47,135 nt of DNA from an uncultured Phocaeicola sp. GTDB lineage: Bacteria > Bacteroidota > Bacteroidia > Bacteroidales > Bacteroidaceae. Numbering within the stretch: the stretch's first letter is position 1; each line of letters begins with the position of its first letter. The stretch is from NCBI GenBank assembly GCA_964545265.1, contig CAZJFI010000001.1, positions 1-47,135 of the forward strand, written 5' to 3'. The notes beneath the pieces are model-generated. The model saw nothing but the letters and a program-made list of their open reading frames with translations. It was not told the origin of the DNA and searched no databases. Below, piece after piece: positions 37,256 to 47,135 of the stretch. The position numbers and the translations under genes are program-made.

Positions 37256-38251
37256 ATGGTAAATTACAAAGAATTAGGTTTGGTAAACACAAGAGATATG
37301 TTTGCTAAGGCAGTTAAGGGTGGCTATGCTATTCCTGCTTTCAACTTTAACACAATGGAGCAAATGCAAGCAATTGTACAAGCTGCCGTTGAAACAAAGT
37401 CTCCAGTTATCATGCAAGTTTCTAAGGGTGCCCGCAACTATGCTAACGGTACTATCCTCCGTAACCTTGCTAAGGGTGCTGTAGAGTATGCTAAGGAACT
37501 TGGCTGCGAAAACCCTGAAATCGTTCTTCACCTTGACCATGGTGATTCTTTTGAAATCTGTAAAGAATGTATCGATAATGGTTTCTCTTCTGTGATGATC
37601 GACGGTTCACACCTTCCTTACGAAGAAAACGTTGCACTTGCCAAGAAGGTAGTTGACTACGCTCACCAATTCGACGTAACTGTTGAAGCAGAACTCGGTG
37701 TATTGGCCGGTGTTGAAGATGAAGTTTCTGCTGCAGAATCTCACTATACTAAGCCAGAAGAGGTAATCGACTTCGCTACTCGTACAGGTTGCGATTCATT
37801 GGCTATCTCTATCGGTACTTCTCACGGTGCTCACAAGTTCACTCCCGAACAATGCACATTGGTAAACGGTGTATTGGTTCCACCTCCATTGGCATTCGAT
37901 ATCCTTGCCGAAATCGAAGAAAAGCTTCCTGGTTTCCCTATCGTACTTCACGGTTCTTCTTCAGTTCCTCAAGAGGAAGTTGAAACTATCAACAAGTATG
38001 GTGGTGCTTTGAAGGCTGCTATCGGTATTCCTGAAGACCAACTCCGTCAAGCTTCTAAGTCGGCTGTTTGCAAAATCAACATCGACTCAGACTCTCGTTT
38101 GGCTATGACTGCTGCTGTTCGCAAGCACTTGGCTGAAAACCCATCTCACTTCGACCCACGTCAGTACCTCAAACCTGCTCGTGACAACATGAAGAAGATG
38201 TACATTCACAAGATTGTGAACGTACTTGGTTCAGACAACAAGTTGGGCTAA
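37256..38251 (+). CDS. fba: Class II fructose-bisphosphate aldolase
   Basis: YAIPAFN, LHLDHG, SVMIDGSH, GTSHG, VLHGSS, KINIDSD; codon usage of a highly expressed gene. Confidence 0.96.
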   Translation: MVNYKELGLVNTRDMFAKAVKGGYAIPAFNFNTMEQMQAIVQAAVETKSPVIMQVSKGARNYANGTILRNLAKGAVEYAKELGCENPEIVLHLDHGDSFEICKECIDNGFSSVMIDGSHLPYEENVALAKKVVDYAHQFDVTVEAELGVLAGVEDEVSAAESHYTKPEEVIDFATRTGCDSLAISIGTSHGAHKFTPEQCTLVNGVLVPPPLAFDILAEIEEKLPGFPIVLHGSSSVPQEEVETINKYGGALKAAIGIPEDQLRQASKSAVCKINIDSDSRLAMTAAVRKHLAENPSHFDPRQYLKPARDNMKKMYIHKIVNVLGSDNKLG

Positions 38252-38268
38252 TGATTATATCATAAATG

Positions 38269-38302
38269 AAAAGGCTGCTTCTTTTGAGAAGCAGCCTTTT
38301 TT
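38269..38302. terminator. Bidirectional terminator after fba
   Basis: AAAAGGCTGCTTCT/AGAAGCAGCCTTTT stem with a T run. Confidence 0.85.
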
Positions 38303-38321
38303 ATATAACAGGTGATTGTTA

Positions 38322-38870
38322 TTATCTTGCAGCGAAGAAGGTAGTACTACCGATAGCTGCACGTGCAGCTGCAACTCCTTGCATATCGGGCATAACAGTC
38401 ATAGAAGTACCATTTTGCATGTTGATGGAAACGGTTCCATTATCATTCATCTTCACCAATTCGATGTTTTCTGTAGCGGTAACGGCATTCCAAGTCTTGG
38501 TTTCTTCATTATATACCAAATCCATTGATTGGTTGTCGGCTTTGTTGGTAATGGTATAACCATTTTCGTTGCTCTGTACCAAATATTCACCGTTTTCACC
38601 TTTTATTTCTTTCGTTTCGTTAGAAGCAACAGGGTTTGAGCCCGACCAGAATTCAATGCTGTTCAGTACAAGGACGTCTGCCAAATAAGCGATTTCATAA
38701 ACGGGAACAATATGGAGGGCGATGAACAACAGCTCGTTTACAAACTTATTGCTTACTCCCTGGTTCCAATCTTTCAGGTTATTCCACAATTTGAATGAAC
38801 CGATACATGAAGTGAAAAGCATACTTCCGGCCAATAAGGCGCATACCAAAGTCATTTTGTTCTTTCTCAT
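38322..38870 (-). CDS. DUF3332-family lipoprotein
   Basis: Lipobox FTSC-IGSF, NKFVNEL...PVY...D.LVLNSIEFWSGSNP. Confidence 0.85.
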   Translation of the reverse strand: MRKNKMTLVCALLAGSMLFTSCIGSFKLWNNLKDWNQGVSNKFVNELLFIALHIVPVYEIAYLADVLVLNSIEFWSGSNPVASNETKEIKGENGEYLVQSNENGYTITNKADNQSMDLVYNEETKTWNAVTATENIELVKMNDNGTVSINMQNGTSMTVMPDMQGVAAARAAIGSTTFFAAR

Positions 38871-39083
38871 AATCATTTGATTTTAATTTTATAATTGTAA
38901 AATAATATGCATTTAGACGCTTTCTTGCTATTCTGTCAGTAGAATCGTGGGAAAGGAATTCAAAATGATATTTGTTCTTTCTGCTGCAAATTTAGAACTT
39001 TTTATCAGATGTAGAAACATATCCCGAAAAAAATGTATCTTTGCGCAATCATGTTGAATAATTATTAACTAAATAATCAAAAA

Positions 39084-40478
39084 ATGAAAGAATTGGTTCA
39101 AAAAAAACTGAATGACTCGCCGTTCATGAGATGGACGGCATTGGTGTTGGTGGCATCGGCTATGTTCTTTGCTTACATGTTTGTCGATGTCTTGTCTCCA
39201 CTGCAAACTATGTTGGAAACACAGATCGGTTGGAGTGCTGACACGTATGGAACTTTTGCAAGTTCTGAATATTTCTTGAATGTGTTTGTATTCTTCCTGA
39301 TATTCGCGGGTATTATCCTCGATAAGATGGGAGTACGTTTCACTGCTATCCTTTCAGGATCGGTTATGTTGATTGGTGGCGCCATTAAGCTTTATGCCAT
39401 CAGCTCGTATTTTGTAGAAGGAAATGCACTTTATGACTTTTTGAATTCTTTCTGGACTTCTTTCCCCGCTAATGCCAAATTGGCTTCTGCAGGTTTTGCT
39501 ATCTTTGGTTGTGGTGTGGAAATGGCTGGTATCACTGTATCTAAAGCTATTGTGAAATGGTTTACCGGTAAGGAAATGGCATTGGCTATGGGACTTGAAA
39601 TGGCAATTGCCCGATTGGGTGTGTTTGCTGTATTTCGTTTGTCGCCTTATGTAGCAAATTTAGGTACTCCCGATGCTGTTCGTCCGGTAGCAGTTGTTTG
39701 CGGTTTGCTTTGTGTAGGTCTGATTTCGTTTATCGTCTATTCGATTATGGATAAGAAGCTCGATGCCCAATTGGGCGCTGCTGCCGCAGGCGAGCCGGAA
39801 GACCCATTCAAGGTGAGCGATTTGGGTAAGCTCTTTACCAGCAAGACTTTCTTGATTGTAGCAGGTCTTTGCGTACTTTATTATTCGGCTATCTTCCCAT
39901 TCCAAAAGTTTGCTACCAGCATGTTGGAAAATCGTTTGGATATGTCTACCGAAGATGCTTCAGCGTTGTTCTCTTGGTTCCCGGTTGGTGCTATGATACT
40001 TACTCCATTGTTGGGATGGTTCCTTGATAATAAAGGTAAGGGAGCTACTATGTTGATTTCAGGAGCCTTGCTGATGAGTGCATGTCATTTGATTTTCGCT
40101 ATTTATCCATTGAGCGGGGACTCTTCCAGTTACGTGGTGGCATATGCAGCTATTATCCTTTTGGGCGTATCCTTCTCATTAGTGCCCGCAGCTTTGTGGC
40201 CTTCTGTTCCTAAATTGGTGGAAAATCGTTATTTGGGTTCGGCTTATTCTGTTATTTTCTGGATTCAGAACATTGGCTTGTGGGCATTCCCTATTATTAT
40301 TGGTAAAGCTTTGGTATGGGCCAATCCTGGTGTAGAGGCTGGAGGTCAGTACGATTATAAGGTACCGATGTTGATATTTGCCAGCTTAGGCGTATTTGCC
40401 TTCCTCTTGGGAATTTGGTTGAAGGCTGAAGACAAGAAAAAGAAGTATGGTTTGGAAGAACCGAATATCAAGAAATAA
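39084..40478 (+). CDS. MFS transporter
   Basis: GIILDKMGVR MFS motif A; about 12 TM segments; -7 TATCTTTG at 39036. Confidence 0.9.
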   Translation: MKELVQKKLNDSPFMRWTALVLVASAMFFAYMFVDVLSPLQTMLETQIGWSADTYGTFASSEYFLNVFVFFLIFAGIILDKMGVRFTAILSGSVMLIGGAIKLYAISSYFVEGNALYDFLNSFWTSFPANAKLASAGFAIFGCGVEMAGITVSKAIVKWFTGKEMALAMGLEMAIARLGVFAVFRLSPYVANLGTPDAVRPVAVVCGLLCVGLISFIVYSIMDKKLDAQLGAAAAGEPEDPFKVSDLGKLFTSKTFLIVAGLCVLYYSAIFPFQKFATSMLENRLDMSTEDASALFSWFPVGAMILTPLLGWFLDNKGKGATMLISGALLMSACHLIFAIYPLSGDSSSYVVAYAAIILLGVSFSLVPAALWPSVPKLVENRYLGSAYSVIFWIQNIGLWAFPIIIGKALVWANPGVEAGGQYDYKVPMLIFASLGVFAFLLGIWLKAEDKKKKYGLEEPNIKK

Positions 40479-40489
40479 ATGATATAATG

Positions 40490-40514
40490 AAGGGGCAGAT
40501 TAATCTGCCCCTTT
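40490..40514. terminator. Bidirectional terminator
   Basis: AAGGGGCAGAT/ATCTGCCCCTT between convergent genes. Confidence 0.75.
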
Positions 40515-40536
40515 ACTGTTTGGTTCATTTTTTCTT

Positions 40537-41586
40537 TTAATCCTTGTCTATTTTAACGATTCCCCCTGTGATAGGGTCAAAAATGATACGAGTATTTACT
40601 TTTTTATTGAATAGACCGTTGACTAACACTTCGGTTTCTCCTAATTGAGCAAATGAAATTTCGTGTTCGTAATATACCTTATGGGTATCTTTTATAGTCA
40701 CAAGAGCTTTTCCTGGAATGTTATAGATAACTCCGTTCAATTGTTTCTTCTTCATAGCCTCCTCATCGGCTGGTGGAAGAGTTTTTTGAGAAGTGATGGA
40801 AATATAAACCGGTTCGCCGGCTAAATTATCTGCATTCAATATGCCTAATTTATTTGAAAAACGGCAGATAACTTTGTTCTTAATATCTTCATCTGGGTTT
40901 ATAGTGAAAGTAAATGTCTTTTCGGTTACTTCGGTGAAACCGGCAAACATTTCTGTTAAAGCCTTTTCCTGAGCGTTTAAGTTGTCCAACATAATTTGGA
41001 GTGCATCACCATCCTTTGGCATATAGTCGGCCTGTCCACGGGTGAGGCTATTCTTACTCTCCCGAATGTTGTAGATCTCTTTTGCTACCAATTCGGCCAT
41101 TTTGATGCTTGAACCTGCCATTAGGATTTCTTCTGTCATAAAATTGCGCGGATTAACACGCTCTGTTTTCTTGATTGCTACTTTTTGAGGGATAACATCT
41201 TCTGGCACATTTGTATTAATGGCTCGGATAATCCCTTCTTTGGTCAGTTGCACTTCTGAAGCGACTGATTTATCTTTTAATTTGATGGAATAGGCTCTTT
41301 CTGGGTTTGGAACACCCTTAGGAGTCACTTCAATGGATTGAAGATTCCATTGCACTTGTGGCTTGGGAGCCACATTCTGCAAACGCAGATATCGGTCGGC
41401 GTATTGGCAAAATTCTCCTGGAGTATAAGTGGCTTCGGTAACGGTAACCTTTATTTCTAATTCTGTTTTAGGAAGATAATAAACAATACCTTCCGCCGTG
41501 GCACCAGGAGTGTATGGCGTTACATCTTGTGCATGGAGATTCCATGCAGTCAACAAACTAATAGCAATGATTCCTTGTTTTAACAT
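40537..41586 (-). CDS. DUF4831-family secreted protein
   Basis: Signal peptide, YYLPKT, PGEFCQYADRYL, IRESKNSLTRG; located next to nnr. Confidence 0.8.
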   Translation of the reverse strand: MLKQGIIAISLLTAWNLHAQDVTPYTPGATAEGIVYYLPKTELEIKVTVTEATYTPGEFCQYADRYLRLQNVAPKPQVQWNLQSIEVTPKGVPNPERAYSIKLKDKSVASEVQLTKEGIIRAINTNVPEDVIPQKVAIKKTERVNPRNFMTEEILMAGSSIKMAELVAKEIYNIRESKNSLTRGQADYMPKDGDALQIMLDNLNAQEKALTEMFAGFTEVTEKTFTFTINPDEDIKNKVICRFSNKLGILNADNLAGEPVYISITSQKTLPPADEEAMKKKQLNGVIYNIPGKALVTIKDTHKVYYEHEISFAQLGETEVLVNGLFNKKVNTRIIFDPITGGIVKIDKD

Positions 41587-41649
41587 TATTCTATCTTTTC
41601 TTTTATGTGACAGGCAAATATAGCGATTCTTTCTTATATATTATAGGCT

Positions 41650-43158
41650 TCAGGAAATTTTCTTCCAAGCTTGTGGCAATGCTGCTATGATATCTCCAGA
41701 AGTCATGGCTATTTGTGACATCATTTCAGCGGCTATATCACCGGCTAAACCATGAACATATACACCTAATTGACAGGTTTCTTCTTGGCTGTATCCTTGT
41801 GCCAAAAGAGCCAACAGAATGCCAGTGAGTACATCGCCACTTCCTGCTGTTGCCATTCCTGGATTTCCGGTTGGATTTAAGAAACAACGGCCGTCGGGTG
41901 TGACAATAATTGTCCAGGCACCTTTGACAATGATGTAACTATGTAGGTAAGCGGCCAGTTCCTTTACCTTGGTCAAACGTTCATAAGTGTCCATGCATTT
42001 GCCGGTCAGTCGTTCCAATTCTCCTAAATGAGGGGTCAGAATGCTTTGTTTGGGCAGGCGGCTCAGCCAGTTGCGGTGGCTGCTGAGGATGTTGATGGCG
42101 TCAGCATCAAGTACCACAGGTATGTTGCTGGCTTGTATCTGTTCCATCATGGCCAGAGCTGTGTCTTCTTCTTGCCCTAATCCCGGTCCAATAGCCAGAG
42201 CCTTGTATTTGCTTAAGTCTACAGGCTCAGCGAAATACCGTTCATGGATATCTGTTTGTACGATGGCTTCGGGCACTGTGGTTTGAAGTAAGTCGTGATT
42301 GTAAATGGGAACATGAACGGTCAATAGTCCTATACCTGAACGTAGACAAGCCTTAGCAGATAAAATGGAAGCTCCCGCCATGCCATATGAGCCTGCTATT
42401 AGGAGCCCATGACCGAAACTGCCTTTGTGTGCAAACCGTTTTCGAGGCTTGATTAATGAGCGGATTTGTTCTTCTTCTAATATAGAATAAGGACTTTCGG
42501 CTGCTTGGATAAAAGATTGCTTCAATCCAATATCCAATAATTCCCATTCTCCTACTATCTCTTCGTTTTCGGGGAAGAAGAAGGAAAGTTTGGGCAGCTG
42601 TATGCTTAGAGTGACATCGGCACGAACAATGTTTGGGCGAATGTTGTATGTGTTGTCTTCCCCCATCAATCCAGAAGGAATGTCAATGGCGACAACAGTT
42701 GCTTTGGAAGCGTTGATGTATTTTACTACCGCTGCAAAGCCTCCGTTGAGTGGCTTGTTCAGTCCGGTACCGAATAAGCCATCAATGACTACATGGTTTT
42801 CTGTAAGGATGGGTGGATTGAATTGAGTGCTTATTTCTGTAAAATAGATAGACCCGCAAGTCTTCAATCGGTGCAAGTTCGTTTGGCATTCTTCCGAAAG
42901 CCTTCCCTTGGTGTTGAATAAGAAGACCTCTACGTGATAGTTTTTCTGTGAAAGCATGCGTGCTACGGCAAGTGCATCGCCCCCATTATTGCCGGGGCCG
43001 GCAAAGACGGCTATAGGATGAGAAGTATCCCAACGGCGGATAATGGCTTCGGTCAATGCTTGGGCAGCCCGTTCCATTAAGTCGATGGAGGCAATGGGTT
43101 CTTGCTCCATGGTATATTTGTCCAGTTCCTTCAGTTGGTTACTTGATAGAATTTTCAT
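41650..43158 (-). CDS. nnr: Bifunctional NAD(P)H-hydrate epimerase/dehydratase
   Basis: LMERAA, GPGNNGGD, DIPSG, HKGSFG, GPGLG, LTPH, ATAGSGDVLTG. Confidence 0.95.
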   Translation of the reverse strand: MKILSSNQLKELDKYTMEQEPIASIDLMERAAQALTEAIIRRWDTSHPIAVFAGPGNNGGDALAVARMLSQKNYHVEVFLFNTKGRLSEECQTNLHRLKTCGSIYFTEISTQFNPPILTENHVVIDGLFGTGLNKPLNGGFAAVVKYINASKATVVAIDIPSGLMGEDNTYNIRPNIVRADVTLSIQLPKLSFFFPENEEIVGEWELLDIGLKQSFIQAAESPYSILEEEQIRSLIKPRKRFAHKGSFGHGLLIAGSYGMAGASILSAKACLRSGIGLLTVHVPIYNHDLLQTTVPEAIVQTDIHERYFAEPVDLSKYKALAIGPGLGQEEDTALAMMEQIQASNIPVVLDADAINILSSHRNWLSRLPKQSILTPHLGELERLTGKCMDTYERLTKVKELAAYLHSYIIVKGAWTIIVTPDGRCFLNPTGNPGMATAGSGDVLTGILLALLAQGYSQEETCQLGVYVHGLAGDIAAEMMSQIAMTSGDIIAALPQAWKKIS

Positions 43159-43284
43159 ATATGTCAAGCTAATTTGGGTGCAAAGATAGTACTATTTGTA
43201 AAAAGAGGGGGCGGGAAATGCGGGATACTTAGAAGAAATTATTATTTTTGCACCAATTTATACAACTAAAGAAATTAGAAAGAA

Positions 43285-43854
43285 ATGTTGAACATTGTTA
43301 TTTTTGGTGCACCAGGTTCAGGTAAGGGTACTCAAAGTGCACGTATTGTAGAAAAGTACGGCATCAATCACATCTCTACAGGTGATGTGCTTCGTGCGGA
43401 AATTAAAGCAGGAACAGGGTTGGGAAAGACTGCTAAAGGTTATATTGACCAAGGCCAATTGTTACCCGACGAATTGATTATTGATATTTTGGCAAGTACT
43501 TTGGATAGTTTCAAGGATAGCAAGGGAGTGATATTCGATGGCTTCCCAAGAACCATTGCACAAGCTGAAGCGTTGAAGAAAATGTTGGCAGAACGTGGTC
43601 AGGAAGTATCTGTAATGCTTGACTTGGATGTACCTGAAGAAGAATTGATGACTCGTTTGATCAAGCGTGGACAAGAATCGGGTCGTGCCGATGATAATGA
43701 AGAAACCATCAAGAAGCGTTTGGTGGTATATCATTCACAGACTTCTCCATTGATTGATTGGTATAAGAATGAAGGTAAGTACCAACATATCCAGGGAGTG
43801 GGTACTATGGATGGCATTTTTGCTGAAATATCAGAAGTGATTGACAGGATTTAA
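43285..43854 (+). CDS. adk: Adenylate kinase (short LID form)
   Basis: GAPGSGKGTQ, HISTGDVLR, FDGFPRT, GRADD. Confidence 0.97.
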   Translation: MLNIVIFGAPGSGKGTQSARIVEKYGINHISTGDVLRAEIKAGTGLGKTAKGYIDQGQLLPDELIIDILASTLDSFKDSKGVIFDGFPRTIAQAEALKKMLAERGQEVSVMLDLDVPEEELMTRLIKRGQESGRADDNEETIKKRLVVYHSQTSPLIDWYKNEGKYQHIQGVGTMDGIFAEISEVIDRI

Positions 43855-43874
43855 TTGAATAAATTGAAGGAATA

Positions 43875-45062
43875 ATGGCTGAATCTAATTTTGTTGACTA
43901 TGTGAAGATTTATTGCCGCTCAGGAAAGGGCGGAAGAGGCTCTGTGCATATGCATCGTGCCAAATATACGCCTAATGGAGGCCCTGATGGCGGTGATGGT
44001 GGTAGAGGAGGCCATGTTATCTTACGTGGTAACCGTAACTATTGGACGTTGCTCCATTTGAGATATGACCGTCATGCATTTGCTACTCATGGAGGCAATG
44101 GCTCAAAGAATAAGAGCTTCGGCAAGGATGGAGAGGATAAGATTATTGAAGTACCTTGTGGAACGGTGGCTTATAATGCTGAAACAGGGGAGTATTTGTG
44201 CGATATTACCGAACATGGTCAGGAGGTAGTGCTTCTGAAAGGTGGACGTGGTGGATTGGGAAACTGGCATTTCCGTACAGCTACCCGTCAAGCGCCTCGT
44301 TTTGCGCAACCGGGCGAACCGATGCAAGAGCTTACTGTAATTCTTGAATTGAAGATGTTGGCTGATGTTGGTTTGGTTGGATTCCCCAATGCAGGGAAGT
44401 CTACTTTGCTTTCGTCGGTTTCGGCTGCCCGTCCTAAGATTGCCAACTACCCATTTACTACGCTGGAGCCTAATTTGGGAATTGTGTCGCATCGCGAGGG
44501 TACTTCTTTCGTTATGGCAGATATTCCAGGTATTATTGAAGGAGCCAGTGAAGGAAAAGGATTGGGACTCCGTTTCTTACGCCATATTGAACGTAACTCA
44601 TTGTTGCTTTTTATGGTGCCGGGGGATACAGACGATATTCGTAAAGAGTATGATATCCTGTTGAACGAATTGGCACGATTCAATCCTGAAATGCTTGATA
44701 AGCAACGTGTTTTGGCTATTACCAAGAGTGATATGCTCGATGAAGAATTGATAGAGATGCTGGAACCCGGATTGCCGGAAAATATACCGCATGTCTTTAT
44801 TTCTTCCATTACAGGTATGGGTATCCAGCAATTGAAGGATATTCTTTGGGAAGAGTTAAACAAAGAAAGTAATAAATTGGGTGGTGCAAGTACCGAATCC
44901 ATTGTACATCGTGCTAAGGATGTAATCAAGCTTCAGCAGGAGTTGAAAGATATGGGTGAAGACGAAGAATTCACTTTTGAGTACGAAGACGATGATTTTG
45001 ATGATGACTTTGAATACGAGTACGAAGAAGAGGATTGGGACGACGAAGATAACGAAGAATGA
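43875..45062 (+). CDS. obgE: GTPase ObgE/CgtA
   Basis: [34 protein letters not shown]; acidic C-terminal tail. Confidence 0.97.
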   Translation: MAESNFVDYVKIYCRSGKGGRGSVHMHRAKYTPNGGPDGGDGGRGGHVILRGNRNYWTLLHLRYDRHAFATHGGNGSKNKSFGKDGEDKIIEVPCGTVAYNAETGEYLCDITEHGQEVVLLKGGRGGLGNWHFRTATRQAPRFAQPGEPMQELTVILELKMLADVGLVGFPNAGKSTLLSSVSAARPKIANYPFTTLEPNLGIVSHREGTSFVMADIPGIIEGASEGKGLGLRFLRHIERNSLLLFMVPGDTDDIRKEYDILLNELARFNPEMLDKQRVLAITKSDMLDEELIEMLEPGLPENIPHVFISSITGMGIQQLKDILWEELNKESNKLGGASTESIVHRAKDVIKLQQELKDMGEDEEFTFEYEDDDFDDDFEYEYEEEDWDDEDNEE

Positions 45063-45841
45063 AAGAACTGACTTCAGATAAGCGAATGTTGGAATACGGA
45101 CAAATGAAGTCGTATTCCAACATTTCTTGTTTCTCTACTACCCGTTACGGAGGATATAGTGAGGGAAACTATGCTTCTTTCAATTGTACGCATTATTGTG
45201 GAGACCGGGAAGATCATGTTTGTCAAAACAAAGAATTACTTTGTTCTTTACTGTCTCCACGTCCAACAGCTTTGGTTATTCCCCGTCAGACACATAGTAC
45301 GAATGTAAAAGTCATCTCTTCTTCGGATGATATGCTCCATTTGGAGGAGGTGGATGCACTGGTAACCCGTATGCCTGGTTTTTGCCTTTGTGTATCTACG
45401 GCCGATTGTATTCCTGTTATGCTATATGATAAGGAGAAGCAGGTGGTTGCGGCCATTCATGCCGGTTGGCGGGGTACTGTTGGACGTATTGTAGAGAAAA
45501 CGATACATGTAATGAAAGATACCTATCATACCGATGAAAAGGATATAATTGCATGTATTGGCCCTGGCATTTCGCTGGAATCGTTCGAAGTGGGCGATGA
45601 AGTTTACCAGGCTTTCGAGGAAACTGGCTTTGATATGTCGCTTATTGCCAGGAAATATGCTAAATGGCATATTGATTTATGGGAAGCCAACCGGTTGCAG
45701 CTGTTGGGCTTGGGCGTAAAAGAAGAACATATTGAAGTGGCGGGAATTTGTACCTATCAGTCTTATGAGTCTTTTTTTTCAGCCCGTAGGATGGGGATTC
45801 GGTCGGGACGTATCTTGTCAGGCATTATGTTGCATAAATAA
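45059..45841 (+). CDS. pgeF: PgeF/YfiH-family (laccase-like) protein
   Basis: [33 protein letters not shown]. Confidence 0.92.
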   Translation: MKELTSDKRMLEYGQMKSYSNISCFSTTRYGGYSEGNYASFNCTHYCGDREDHVCQNKELLCSLLSPRPTALVIPRQTHSTNVKVISSSDDMLHLEEVDALVTRMPGFCLCVSTADCIPVMLYDKEKQVVAAIHAGWRGTVGRIVEKTIHVMKDTYHTDEKDIIACIGPGISLESFEVGDEVYQAFEETGFDMSLIARKYAKWHIDLWEANRLQLLGLGVKEEHIEVAGICTYQSYESFFSARRMGIRSGRILSGIMLHK

Positions 45842-45850
45842 AGAGGCATT

Positions 45851-46510
45851 ATGAAAATAGAAGTATCGAAAGAAATCAGGGAAGCCTGTCCTTCGTTTGC
45901 GGGAATGGCTGTGCTGGCTACGGTAGAGAATACTCCTTATAGCGAAGCGTTATGGAAAAAGATTGATGAATTTACCATTCGTTATCGGGAAATGTATACA
46001 ACCGATTCCATTAAAGATATGGTTACTATCCGAGCTACCCGTGAAGCATATAAGAAGTGTGGTAAAGATCCCAGTCGTTATCGTCCTTCTGGGGAAGCAC
46101 TGTGCCGACGGATTCTTCGGGGAATTCCGCTTTACCAAATTGATACGTTGGTGGATTTGATAAACCTTGTATCCATTCGCTTTGGATATTCTATTGGCGG
46201 GTTTGATGCGGATAAAATTGTTGGTTCTTCGTTGGTATTAGGCATTGGAAAGGCCGGTGAACCTTATGAAGGTATTGGCAGAGGTATTCTTAATATAGAA
46301 GGTATGCCGGTGTATCGGGATGCAGAAGGAGGCATAGGTACTCCAACCAGTGACCATGAACGTACAAAGCTGGGGCTGGGAACCACTCATCTGTTGACTA
46401 TTATTAATGGATACAGTGGTAGGGAAGGTTTGCATGAGGCTGCCGATTACATGGTGGAATTGTTAAAAGAATATGCTTCGGCTACAGAAGTGTCTGTTTT
46501 TGAATTTTAA
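45851..46510 (+). CDS. Stand-alone B3/4 domain protein (PheRS beta-like)
   Basis: DPSRYRPSGEALCRR, LVDLINLVS, GGFDAD, YEGIGRG. Confidence 0.85.
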   Translation: MKIEVSKEIREACPSFAGMAVLATVENTPYSEALWKKIDEFTIRYREMYTTDSIKDMVTIRATREAYKKCGKDPSRYRPSGEALCRRILRGIPLYQIDTLVDLINLVSIRFGYSIGGFDADKIVGSSLVLGIGKAGEPYEGIGRGILNIEGMPVYRDAEGGIGTPTSDHERTKLGLGTTHLLTIINGYSGREGLHEAADYMVELLKEYASATEVSVFEF

Positions 46511-46713
46511 TGAGTGAATTTATGGATATAGAAAAGATTTTAACGCAAGGGGTGGTCTTTAAAAAGGGAAGTTCTTCAAATAATCAAAAGGAAGACAAAG
46601 TAAAGACCAAAGCTAAAAAGAAAACGTATATCACGGGGCTTCACGGATCGGGCGCAGCTAAAATGAAAGCGGATATCCGTAAGAAACGCGCCAATCGTCA
46701 TAAAGGGAAATGA
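46510..46713 (+). CDS. Small lysine-rich hypothetical protein (67 aa)
   Basis: TAATG stop/start coupling to the upstream gene; very basic C-terminus KADIRKKRANRHKGK. Confidence 0.65.
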   Translation: MSEFMDIEKILTQGVVFKKGSSSNNQKEDKVKTKAKKKTYITGLHGSGAAKMKADIRKKRANRHKGK

Positions 46714-46918
46714 TAGGCCGTATCTATTCACACGTCCTTCACAAGAGTATCCAGGGTTCAAAGGGCTTTTCCTATGCCATACGGATGATTGCTAATGACA
46801 ACAAGGATATTGCTATCATCAAAAAACTATGTTCAGAGAAGAATACGGCATAAATCTACTTGCTAAACTTAAATTCTATAATCTATACCTCTACAAGAAA
46901 GAAAAAAACAGTGATTTA

Positions 46919-47135
46919 CCTGCAAGCCTTACAGCGGTGTTGGGTATCAGATAGTTATCCCTTGCAAGTGCATGAAAAAGCTTGCAAGGGCTTGCAAGGA
47001 TGGGCGTTTTAGCTACATTTCTGGCCTGTTTAGTTACATTTTGGGGGATGCAACTCCGAATTTTAAGCCTTATTTGATGGGATTATTTGGTATTTTGGGA
47101 GTAAATATGGCTATTTTGGAGTTGTTTATGCTGAT
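46919..47135. repeat. Repeat cluster, possibly the end of an integrated/mobile element continuing beyond the window
   Basis: CCTGCAAG at 46919; palindrome CTTGCAAG at 46961, 46981 and 46991; direct repeat TTTAG(C/T)TACATTT at 47008 and 47029; TATTTTGG(G)AGT at 47091 and 47112. Confidence 0.5.

Noticed and set aside
44950..45062. Highly acidic ObgE tail
   Set aside because: Acidic disordered C-termini are common in Obg proteins.
46736..46745. CCTTCACAAG matching 10 bp of the upstream element's IR
   Set aside because: An isolated 10-mer match is expected by chance in 47 kb, and the flanks do not align.

Overview
Mostly core chromosome of a Bacteroidales bacterium, probably Bacteroidaceae (Phocaeicola/Bacteroides-like). 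The evidence is TAnnTTTG -7 promoters, A-rich leaders without Shine-Dalgarno sites, and typical gene order. The window opens in the last codons of a probable TonB gene. It then carries a TPR protein, a YtrA/GntR-ABC operon with a clear operator, a MATE pump, purB-rluB-asnS, rplM-rpsI-rpsB-tsf, rex-FAH-ispF, menA, nadD/gmk/yicC, an M64 peptidase, tsaB-murA-rimM-M23-dxr-rseP, cca, ruvA, ddh, lgt, an AT-rich DUF4842-type lipoprotein, type B L31, fba, an MFS transporter, nnr and adk-obgE-pgeF. I see no integrase, transposase, CRISPR array, rRNA or tRNA. The unexplained signal is non-coding. (1) A ~310-bp element (3764-4073) has long nested inverted arms and a possible target-site duplication. (2) Its core holds a 22-bp-period repeat that recurs 18 kb away (21725-21781). 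(3) A similarly built repeat cluster sits at the right edge (46919-47135). (4) A promoter-to-terminator sRNA candidate lies between rseP and cca. (5) There are several structured leaders and hairpins, including one that buries a start codon. All calls come from reading the sequence; no searches were run.
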